DNA of 26,741 nucleotides from NCBI GenBank assembly GCA_029259155.1, contig JAPDJI010000043.1:1-26741 (forward strand), given 5' to 3'. Each line of letters opens with the position of its first letter. Position 1 is the first letter of the stretch. The stretch comes from Candidatus Methanomethylicia archaeon. GTDB lineage: Archaea > Thermoproteota > Methanomethylicia > Nezhaarchaeales > B40-G2. Shown piece after piece: positions 16,521 to 24,504 of the stretch. A model generated the notes under the pieces. The model was not told the DNA's origin. It did not search any database and saw nothing but the letters and a program-made list of their open reading frames with translations. A program made the position numbers and the translations under genes.

Positions 16521-17414
16521 GTGGAGGTTATGGTATTGAAGGTGGAGGACGTAAAGAACGTGACCGTTATAGGCTTCGGCGTAATGGGAACAGGAATAGC
16601 ACAGGTGTTCGCTCAAGCAGGCTATAATGTGGTGGCTAGAGATGTTTCAGAAGATTACCTTAAGAGAGGCTTGGAGATCATCAAGAATGGCCCCTTCGGC
16701 CTGTATAAAGCGGTGGAGAAAGGTAGGTTGAAGAAGGAGGAGGCTGACGCTGCGTTGGCTAGGATTAAAATCACCACTAGCCTAGATGAGGCAGCTAAGG
16801 ATGCTGACGTAGTGGTTGAGGCTATCTTCGAGAACTTGGACCTCAAGAAGCAGCTGTTTAAGGACCTCGATGAAAAATGCCCTGAACACACAGTATTGGC
16901 TAGCAATACCTCTACGCTGAGCATTACTGCTCTTGGAGGAGCCACTAAAAGACCTGACCGTGTAGTAGGGATGCACTTCTTCAACCCTGTCCCAGTGATG
17001 AAGCTTGTAGAAGTGATAAAGGGCATAGCTTCCTCTGATGAAACCGTCCAGCTCATAAAGGATCTTTCAGTGAAGCTTGGGAAGACGCCAGTGGTAGTTA
17101 AGGACGTACCAGGATTTATAGCCAATAGACTCGCTTTACCCTACTTAGCTGAAGCCATGAGGGCCTATGAGCAAGGAATCGCCTCGGCTGAAGACATAGA
17201 CACAGCTATGAAGTTAGGTTACAACATGCCTATGGGCCCACTGGAGCTTCTAGACCTCATAGGGCTTGATACCACCCTCGACGTACTGGAGTCGATCTAT
17301 AGGGAAACCAACGATCCTAAGTATGCTCCACCTGTAATCCTGAAACAGATGGTAAGGGCTGGCTGGACAGGGCGTAAGAGTGGACGAGGTTTCTACGACT
17401 ACACGAAGAAGTAG
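16521..17414 (+). CDS. hbd: 3-hydroxyacyl-CoA (3-hydroxybutyryl-CoA) dehydrogenase
   Basis: VIGFGVMGTGIAQ, EAIFE, ASNTSTLSIT, GMHFFNPVP, PGFIANR, PMGPLEL and GRKSGRGFYDY. True start is probably 16530 or 16536, because GGAGG lies at 16523-16527. Confidence 0.92.
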   Translation: MEVMVLKVEDVKNVTVIGFGVMGTGIAQVFAQAGYNVVARDVSEDYLKRGLEIIKNGPFGLYKAVEKGRLKKEEADAALARIKITTSLDEAAKDADVVVEAIFENLDLKKQLFKDLDEKCPEHTVLASNTSTLSITALGGATKRPDRVVGMHFFNPVPVMKLVEVIKGIASSDETVQLIKDLSVKLGKTPVVVKDVPGFIANRLALPYLAEAMRAYEQGIASAEDIDTAMKLGYNMPMGPLELLDLIGLDTTLDVLESIYRETNDPKYAPPVILKQMVRAGWTGRKSGRGFYDYTKK

Positions 17415-17431
17415 GTTGAGGAAGCAGTGCC

Positions 17432-18214
17432 TTGAACTACTCTAACATTCTCTATGAGAAGAAAGGCCCGGTAGCGTGGATAACGCTGAATCGCCCTCAA
17501 GTACTTAATGCCCTCAACCCCGCCACCTTCCTAGAACTTGAGGGTGCTTTTAAGGAAGCCGAAGCTGACCCGGAGGTTAAGGTAGTGGTGGTGACGGGAG
17601 CGGGGGGGAAGGCCTTCTGCGCAGGCCTAGATTTGAAGGAAATAGTGGATAAAAGCCCTATGGAGGCGAGGGAGCTTTCAAGGCTGGGACATAGGGTCTT
17701 CAAGCTAATTGAAAACCTCTCAAAGCCGGTCATAGCAGCGGTCAATGGCTACGCATTAGGTGGAGGGATGGAGCTTTCCCTAAGCTGCGACCTCGTCATA
17801 GCTTCGGAGGACGCTATCTTCAGCCAGGCGGAGGTTAACGTAGGTGTAACCCCAGGATGGGGGGCTACTCAGAGGCTTTGGAGGATGGTCGGGGTAAGGA
17901 AGGCTAAGGAACTTGTCCTTACCGGAGACCGTATCACAGCGGTGGAGGCTGAAAAGATAGGTCTCGTAAATAAAGTGGTTCCTCCCGATAAGCTCAAGGA
18001 AGAGGCCGAAGCCTTAGCGCTTAAACTAGCTGAGAAGAGCCCAGTGGTGCTGAGGATAGCTAAAGAACAAGTAAACCAAAGCCTAGAAAACACGCTTTCG
18101 GCGGGACTTGATTACGAGGCTGAGCTTTGGAGCCTCCTCTTCTCAACCTACGATGCACGCGAGGGCGTCAAGGCGTTTCTAGAAAAACGTAAACCTTCCT
18201 ATAAAGGAGAATAA
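17432..18214 (+). CDS. Enoyl-CoA hydratase (crotonase family, Crt-like)
   Basis: LNRPQVLNAL, AFCAGLDL, GGGMEL and QAEVNVG (both catalytic Glu present), EGVKAFLEKRKP. Confidence 0.92.
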   Translation: MNYSNILYEKKGPVAWITLNRPQVLNALNPATFLELEGAFKEAEADPEVKVVVVTGAGGKAFCAGLDLKEIVDKSPMEARELSRLGHRVFKLIENLSKPVIAAVNGYALGGGMELSLSCDLVIASEDAIFSQAEVNVGVTPGWGATQRLWRMVGVRKAKELVLTGDRITAVEAEKIGLVNKVVPPDKLKEEAEALALKLAEKSPVVLRIAKEQVNQSLENTLSAGLDYEAELWSLLFSTYDAREGVKAFLEKRKPSYKGE

Positions 18215-18216
18215 CC

Positions 18217-19008
18217 TTAACCACCTTTCGCTTTTTCCTTAGCTATCAACGCTGCTCCTAAGGCTCCTACTATCTGCGGCTCTTCAGGTATTATTACACT
18301 CCTCCCTAGCTTTTCCTCTAAGGCTTTTACAAAGCCTATATTCTTGGCTACGCCTCCCGTCATCACTACGTCGTCCTCTACCCCGATGTTCATAGCCAGG
18401 CTGTATATCCTGCTCGCCATAGCTTCGTGGATGCCTGCTATGATGTCCTCCTTAGGTAGACCCTTAGCTATCAGTCCAACGACTTCGCTCTCAGCGAACA
18501 CTGTGCATGTACTGCTTATATGTACCTTAACCTTCGACTTGAGGGAAAGCCTACCTAGGTCTTCAAGCCCTACTTCTAAGGCTTGAGCCATGACCTCTAG
18601 AAACCTACCTGTACCGGCAGCGCACTTTTCATTCATGACGAAGTTTAGGACCCTCCCCCCCTCACCCACCTTTATTACCTTACTGTCCTGTCCACCTACA
18701 TCTATTACTGTCCTTACCTTAGGATACTGTTTAAAGGCCCCCCTCGCGTGGCAGGAGATTTCTGTGACCGTGGTGTTGGCATAGGGTACGATAGCTCTTC
18801 CATACCCAGTGGCTACGGTAAACGCTACCTCCGCCTTGTTTACGCCGGCCTCCTTTAGAACCCGCTCGAACACCTTGAGGGAGGCTTCACGGCTATTAGC
18901 CCCAGTCTTCATAATGTGATAGCTTACCACTCTTTCCTCCTCGTCTATGAGGAGGGCTTTGGTAGTTAAGGAACCTACATCCACGCCTAGAAACAACTTG
19001 CTAGGCAT
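18217..19008 (-). CDS. Stand-alone CoA-substrate-specific enzyme activase (HgdC/BcrA-BadF-type ATPase)
   Basis: GVDVGSLTTKA, ATGYGR, TEISCHARG, DVGGQDSK, NEKCAAGTG, STCTVFAESE and TGGVAKN. Confidence 0.92.
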   Translation of the reverse strand: MPSKLFLGVDVGSLTTKALLIDEEERVVSYHIMKTGANSREASLKVFERVLKEAGVNKAEVAFTVATGYGRAIVPYANTTVTEISCHARGAFKQYPKVRTVIDVGGQDSKVIKVGEGGRVLNFVMNEKCAAGTGRFLEVMAQALEVGLEDLGRLSLKSKVKVHISSTCTVFAESEVVGLIAKGLPKEDIIAGIHEAMASRIYSLAMNIGVEDDVVMTGGVAKNIGFVKALEEKLGRSVIIPEEPQIVGALGAALIAKEKAKGG

Positions 19009-19107
19009 TGTACCGGTCGCTGGGTTTATGATGCCTCTTCCCGATAAAGCTTCTCCCTCTGGCAGCTAAAGCTTAAGTTTAGGCAATACTCTAGCCTATG
19101 GGCATCT

Positions 19108-19596
19108 ATGGACATGCTGAAGATTCTAGCCGTCTTCCTACTTGCTGCTGCGCCTATATCGGAGGTTAGGGGGGCCATACCTTACGGAGTGTGGGTTGGC
19201 TTAAACCCTTTAACCGTCTTTTTCGTAGCGGTGGTGGGTAACATAGCACCTGTTCTCCCTCTTCTCTTACTGCTTGGTAGTTTAGAGGCCATGCTTTCAA
19301 GGTTTGTTGAGTCTGGTAAAGGTCCAAGGCTATTTCTGAAAACGGCTAAGCTATACTTTAACTACGCTAAGAGAGCTAGGGATAGGGTGAGGCCTTTTGT
19401 AAACAAGTATGGAGCGTTGGGCTTAGCCATATTTACAGCTATCCCCTTTCCTCTCACAGGTGCTTGGACTTCAGTGTTGGCGGCTCATGTTTTAGGTATG
19501 GATAGGAAGGTGGCTTTACTTTCCATATCGTTAGGTGTAACAACAGCTGGCGTCGTAGTTTCGGTATTGATAGGGATCGTTACGCTAAGCATATAG
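19108..19596 (+). CDS. Putative small multidrug export family membrane protein
   Basis: PISEVRGAIP and AIPFPLTGAWT family motifs; hydrophobic. Confidence 0.85.
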   Translation: MDMLKILAVFLLAAAPISEVRGAIPYGVWVGLNPLTVFFVAVVGNIAPVLPLLLLLGSLEAMLSRFVESGKGPRLFLKTAKLYFNYAKRARDRVRPFVNKYGALGLAIFTAIPFPLTGAWTSVLAAHVLGMDRKVALLSISLGVTTAGVVVSVLIGIVTLSI

Positions 19597-20316
19597 TGCT
19601 AGGCGCAACTTATCTTCGCTTTCCTTAACTGTCCTTAGATGCTCGACGATTCCTTGTAGCTTCTCCACCACCTGGTTAGCGTTAGCCAGTAGAATGTCGG
19701 TCTTTACTTTCAGCCCTAGAAGACTATTGAGGGCTTGTAGAAGGGCAGCTGCAGCCTCCACATCCGGTTTAGACACATCTGCCTGGACAAAGAGGCAGAC
19801 ACCTTTAACCCTCCTCACTAAACACTCATTCATGATAGCTCCGCTTATCCCCGCCACCACTCCCGCATTAAGCGGCTTGATGCCTCTCTTCTCGAGCTCA
19901 TCTACGTCTTCAGCAGCTCCATAGGCCAACCGCTCTCCACGCTCTCCACTGGCAGGTACTCCTTCTAGGCAAACGATCATGTAAACGCCTTTACTTTCAG
20001 CCCAGTTTACGATGGAGGAGGCTACATCGTAATAGGCGATGCTGGGCACTAGTGTCTCAGCTATCAACACGGCTAGCTTCCTGGCTCGCTTAATGTGAAC
20101 CCTAAAAGGGTGTTGAAGCCTCCCTTCATAGAACATGGAAATGGGAGGTAGCAGCCTAGACCTTAAATAAGCGACCTCTTCCATTTTAAGGTACCCTGCC
20201 AGATACTTTGCCGCTATGCTTCCAACCAAACCTGGGCCGGGGAAACCGCAGACCAGCTTACCTCCTTCTAGATCTATCTTCTCTAGCTCCACTATTTCTC
20301 CGTGGAGGACTCTCAA
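19585..20316 (-). CDS. PAC2-family proteasome assembly chaperone homolog (PbaA/PbaB-like)
   Basis: GFPGPGLVGSIA, PFRVH, GISGAIM and PDVEAAA; C-terminal LYA is an HbYX motif. Confidence 0.88.
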   Translation of the reverse strand: MRVLHGEIVELEKIDLEGGKLVCGFPGPGLVGSIAAKYLAGYLKMEEVAYLRSRLLPPISMFYEGRLQHPFRVHIKRARKLAVLIAETLVPSIAYYDVASSIVNWAESKGVYMIVCLEGVPASGERGERLAYGAAEDVDELEKRGIKPLNAGVVAGISGAIMNECLVRRVKGVCLFVQADVSKPDVEAAAALLQALNSLLGLKVKTDILLANANQVVEKLQGIVEHLRTVKESEDKLRLALYA

Positions 20317-20535
20317 GGCTTACACCGCCCCTGTAGTTGGGATGTGGAAACTTAAAAATTCATGTGGAGAGCTAAGGTTTCTCTTTTAGTTAACCTCTAC
20401 TTCAAGCCTCCTTCATCGAAGGTTTTTCGTGCTCCCACCTTTAGCTTAGCATAATTAACATGACTTTTAAGTCCTTAGGTTGTTGTGGCGGAAGCTTTAA
20501 GTCTATATGCTAGGTCTTTGAGGCGGTGCCTGGCG

Positions 20536-21003
20536 ATGTATGACGTGCCCTTTGTAGCTACGCCTGAACACGTAGCGAGAAGAATGCTTGAACTAGCCTC
20601 CGTAGGCCCCGACGACACGGTATACGACCTAGGCGCTGGGGACGGGAGAATCTTGATATTGGCTGCTAAGGAGTTCGGTGCGAGGGCTGTAGGCATAGAG
20701 CTGAGGAAGGACCTCTTCAATCAGATCGAGAGGAGGATCAAGGAAAACGGCTTGGATGGACGCGTAAAGGTAATTCATGGCAGTTTCTACGAAGTAGATA
20801 TTAGTGAAGCTAGTGTCGTGACGCTTTATCTTCTAACTAGCGTTAATGAAAAGCTTCGCCCAAAGCTGGAGAGGGAGCTCCGTCTGGGGTCAAGGATAGT
20901 TTCTCACGACTTCGAGGTTCCTGGGTGGAGACCTATTAGGATGGAGGAGATTTACGATACTTGGACTACACATAAAATATACATGTATAGGATCTCAAGG
21001 TAA
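20536..21003 (+). CDS. SAM-dependent protein lysine methyltransferase, aKMT/FAM173-like
   Basis: Start reassigned to ATG 20536 (GCGGTG RBS). VPFVATPEHV, YDLGAGDGRI, DISEASVVTLYLL, LRPKLERELxxGSRIVSHDF closely parallel the Sulfolobus aKMT. Confidence 0.85.
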   Translation: MYDVPFVATPEHVARRMLELASVGPDDTVYDLGAGDGRILILAAKEFGARAVGIELRKDLFNQIERRIKENGLDGRVKVIHGSFYEVDISEASVVTLYLLTSVNEKLRPKLERELRLGSRIVSHDFEVPGWRPIRMEEIYDTWTTHKIYMYRISR

Positions 21004-21011
21004 AATTAAAG

Positions 21012-21344
21012 CTAAGGCTTAACTGATTCATCGAGCCAGTTAAGGTATCCTGTGTAGCCTTCAATTATCGGCAAAGCTATGATTTCAGGCACTGTATAGC
21101 TGTGGAGAGCTTTTACCTCCTTTACCAGCTCTTCGAAGAGGTCTAACCTAGTCTTTATTATCAGTAAAGCCTCATCGGCCTCGTCTATTCTGCCTTCCCA
21201 CCAAAACCTTGACTTAACGTCGGCGACAACGTTGATGCAGGCCGCCACTTTAGCTTCGAGGAGCCTCTTAGCTAGCTTCTCAGCCTCTTCCTTAGACGAG
21301 CAGGTTATTAGGGCAACGATGTATGACCCTTTAACTAGAACCAA
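21012..21344 (-). CDS. cutA: Divalent cation tolerance protein CutA
   Basis: AACINV, SRFWWEGRI, IIKTR, LHSYTVPEIIALPI and YLNWL. Confidence 0.95.
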   Translation of the reverse strand: MVLVKGSYIVALITCSSKEEAEKLAKRLLEAKVAACINVVADVKSRFWWEGRIDEADEALLIIKTRLDLFEELVKEVKALHSYTVPEIIALPIIEGYTGYLNWLDESVKP

Positions 21345-21402
21345 GCTATCCCCCCTTACACTAATTATTTAGCACCCTGTCCTAAACTTTAGCTACGAGA
21401 AC

Positions 21403-24400
21403 ATGGATTCTTCGCTGCTGCTATCGGAATTGGGCTACGAGTACTATTCCTACGTGGAGCCTAAACTTGAACCTGAAAAGGTCGAGGTAGGTTTCGTTGA
21501 CATAGTTCCTCAGCTAAGTAGGCTTGGAGCCTCCTCAATAGCCTTTAAGAGGCTTTATAGGCATCAGCTCGAGGCTCTTGAGGCTTTAAGGTCAGGGCGT
21601 AACTTGATACTTCGATCCGGGACGGGTTCAGGCAAGACGGAGGCTTGGCTTCTCCATGCACTCTCCTCTAAGCTACCTACATTAGTGGTGTATCCCACGT
21701 TAGCCTTAGCTAATGATCAGGTCAGGAGAATTAAGGAATATGCTGGCGTTGCTGGGCTTGAAGTAGAGGTTTTAGATGCAGCTCGGCGGGGGCACCTCAT
21801 TAAGCTTGAGGGCTCATCGAGGGCGAGGTCAAGGCTGACGAAGCAGGACATAGTTATAACGAACCCTGCTCTACTACTACATGAAATCAAAAGAGCTGCG
21901 CTGGGCAAGGCTTCACTTCTGGAAGGCTTCTTCCAGAAACTCGGCCTCCTTGTACTGGACGAAGTAGATTTCTACGGTCCCCGTGAAGTGGCCGTGCTCA
22001 TGGGGATGATCAAGGCTCTTAAGATGTTGAGAGGTGAAGGCTTCCAGGTAGCTGCATTAACTGCTACTCTAGAAAACCCGGAGGACTTAGCACGTTTCTT
22101 CTTAGAGGTCTTGGAACGTGACAGTGCGATAATTGAGGGACGCCCCTTCCGGGTGGAGAACAGAGTGTATGTAGTTTTAGGGAAGGATCTGAGGAAGCAG
22201 TGGATAGAGCTTAAAGCTAAGATTACGGAACTCGCTGACCGTGTAGCCCCTGACGTAATGGAGTCCTTGGAGAGCTTTGAACGCTTCAAGGAGAACGTGC
22301 ATAAAATCTTGGAGGTAGCTCAAGCACTTAACATAGCCATACCCTCCATGGACCTCGACCCCCTCGCCCTCTTGGCTAAGTACGTCGAGGATTCCTGGGT
22401 TACTTTAGTGTTCACGAGAAGCATAGCTAAGGCGGAAGAACTCGCTCGACGTCTTCGGAGCGAGCTTCCCGACTATTTAAAGGAGGCTGTAGCTTCTCAC
22501 CATCACCTCCTATCCCGAGAGGCGAGAGCTAAAGCGGAGGAAGGCGCTAGATCGGGGAAGGTTAAGCTACTCATATCTCCAAGGACGCTCAGCCAAGGCA
22601 TTGACATCGGCACGGTAGCTCGGATAGTACATATAGGCCTACCTGAGGATCTTCGAGAATACCATCAGCGAGAAGGGCGTAAAGGTAGACGAAGAGAGCT
22701 CAAGTTCTCTGAAACGGTGATAATACCTAGCGGTGGCTGGGATCGTGATGTGCTCTCAAGAGGCCTCGCTGCGCTTAGGGTTTGGCTCTCAATGCCTATC
22801 GAAAAAGTAATCGTCAATCCAGGGAACGAGTACCTCAAGCTTTTCGTATCTCTGTTAAAGTTTACCTCTCCGAGGCTTAAGAAGCTCCTAACTGAGGATG
22901 AGTATAGTTTCCTCGAGCGCCTAGGCCTAGTTTCAAGAGGAGAGCTAACGGATAAAGGCAAGGAAGCCTGGCGTAACCTCAATTTCTATGAGTTTGCACC
23001 TCCCTTCGGCATAAACAGAGTTATGGTTGAGGGTGGCGAGGAACGTTACCTAGAAAGGATCTCTCACTGCGACCTTGTCGAGAAGTTTCAGGTAGGATGC
23101 ATGGATTATACTTCTGACGGCATCGTGGTTGAACATAGGGTAGGCGGGCGTACAGGGAGAGTGGTAGCTGCGGTGCTTGAGGAGAGGCTTAGGGAATCTG
23201 CGCTATGGCGGAGAGAAGGGCTGGCTGAAGCCTTAGAGGAGTACAGGGAGGCAAAGTCAAAGTGGGGGGAGGAGCCGTCCATAGTCCACGACTACATCTA
23301 CGGGAGGCTTCACAGCGAGGTGCTCTGTGTCGTGTATCCTCCGCGTAGAGGTTTCGGCAAGTTCTTGAAGATACCTAACCGTGTTTCTTGGAGGATTTAC
23401 TCTTCTAAACCTGTGGTTAAGAAGGTGAAGGGAAGAACATTGGTTTTCAGGGACTTTAAAGTGGTTCCCGTCCCAACGCAAACCAACGGTAAATACTCAG
23501 ACTATACTTATGGAAGCTTCTACGAACTTGACCCTTCAGAAGATGTCAACATGCTTAGGATGGGACTAGCTTTAGTGATGATCGTGCTTCGCAGGCTTAA
23601 GGGGATACCTTTCGAGACCATCATGTACGACGTGGGCAAGGTGGGAGAGAAGAAGTTTTTGGGGTTGCATGAACCAGAGAGCGCAGGGCTTCTCCATACT
23701 CTTGACTGGCTTGAAGTTAAGAAGCTAGTAGAGACGTATCAGCCCGACGAGCTTGATGAGGTGTTAATGAAGTCCTTCGACGAGTACGCGTACGCTGACT
23801 TCATCTCGATGGGCTTAGACTGGGACATCGTTAAGCAGGCAGCTATCAAGGCGCTAAACTACGTGTTGCTCGAGGATAGGATTAAGCTTAGGTTCAAGGA
23901 CCTAGAGCTGACGGTACCTAAGCCCTCAAGAGCCTTGAAGCTGGCTTCTCTAGACGCACTCTACGTGCCTCTTCTAGAGGACGCTAAGATAGGCTTAATG
24001 TGCCTTAGCCTCTTTGACGGTGAGGAGGTGAAACAGGAGTTTCTACATAGAAGTTTTGGGTCGATGAGGGATGAATGGGGCCTTGATAGATACCTAAACC
24101 GCCTCATAGATCAAGAGTTCACCTTACTCGTCTATGACCTTGAAGGCTTCTTGAACACGGCGGCCTCATGTAACCTTAAGGCCCTCCCCACGTTGCTTAA
24201 GGCTCTAAGTATTGAAGGTAGGCTTATCGACGTTAAAAAGAGGGCGGAGGAAGCCTTAGGTGAAGGTCCAGCACCTTTAGAGGAAGTATCTAGGTTTGTG
24301 TCGGAGAGACGTTATACACTGCTGGATATAGCTTTGGAGGCTGAGAGGTCGAGGAGAAGGGTTATGCAGAGTCCACTCGGTGAGTGGGAGCGCTACACGA

Positions 24401-24504
24401 GGTTTCTGAAAGAAACGGTTAAGGAGTATTTGGCGGAAAACTGTAGATCCGTGTATATGCTTTACCTAGCCTTAAAGGAATACAGTTGTTTGATTAACCC
24501 TTAG
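21403..24504 (+). CDS. SF2 helicase, Hrq1/MrfA(SftH)-like, with long C-terminal extension
   Basis: Motif I SGTGSGKT, Ia YPTLALANDQ, Ib ITNP, II DEVD, III TATLEN, V RTLSQGIDIG and VI QREGRKGR. Confidence 0.88.
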   Translation: MDSSLLLSELGYEYYSYVEPKLEPEKVEVGFVDIVPQLSRLGASSIAFKRLYRHQLEALEALRSGRNLILRSGTGSGKTEAWLLHALSSKLPTLVVYPTLALANDQVRRIKEYAGVAGLEVEVLDAARRGHLIKLEGSSRARSRLTKQDIVITNPALLLHEIKRAALGKASLLEGFFQKLGLLVLDEVDFYGPREVAVLMGMIKALKMLRGEGFQVAALTATLENPEDLARFFLEVLERDSAIIEGRPFRVENRVYVVLGKDLRKQWIELKAKITELADRVAPDVMESLESFERFKENVHKILEVAQALNIAIPSMDLDPLALLAKYVEDSWVTLVFTRSIAKAEELARRLRSELPDYLKEAVASHHHLLSREARAKAEEGARSGKVKLLISPRTLSQGIDIGTVARIVHIGLPEDLREYHQREGRKGRRRELKFSETVIIPSGGWDRDVLSRGLAALRVWLSMPIEKVIVNPGNEYLKLFVSLLKFTSPRLKKLLTEDEYSFLERLGLVSRGELTDKGKEAWRNLNFYEFAPPFGINRVMVEGGEERYLERISHCDLVEKFQVGCMDYTSDGIVVEHRVGGRTGRVVAAVLEERLRESALWRREGLAEALEEYREAKSKWGEEPSIVHDYIYGRLHSEVLCVVYPPRRGFGKFLKIPNRVSWRIYSSKPVVKKVKGRTLVFRDFKVVPVPTQTNGKYSDYTYGSFYELDPSEDVNMLRMGLALVMIVLRRLKGIPFETIMYDVGKVGEKKFLGLHEPESAGLLHTLDWLEVKKLVETYQPDELDEVLMKSFDEYAYADFISMGLDWDIVKQAAIKALNYVLLEDRIKLRFKDLELTVPKPSRALKLASLDALYVPLLEDAKIGLMCLSLFDGEEVKQEFLHRSFGSMRDEWGLDRYLNRLIDQEFTLLVYDLEGFLNTAASCNLKALPTLLKALSIEGRLIDVKKRAEEALGEGPAPLEEVSRFVSERRYTLLDIALEAERSRRRVMQSPLGEWERYTRFLKETVKEYLAENCRSVYMLYLALKEYSCLINP

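Noticed and set aside
17432-18214. Calling the crotonase dch/bzdW or oah/bzdY
   Set aside because: The sequence looks like a generic Crt-type hydratase and is too short for Oah; a specific assignment cannot be supported by eye.
20485-20535. Upstream GTG start for the methyltransferase
   Set aside because: The region contains a TATA-like TTTAAG and the RBS for ATG 20536; family similarity starts at MYDVPF.
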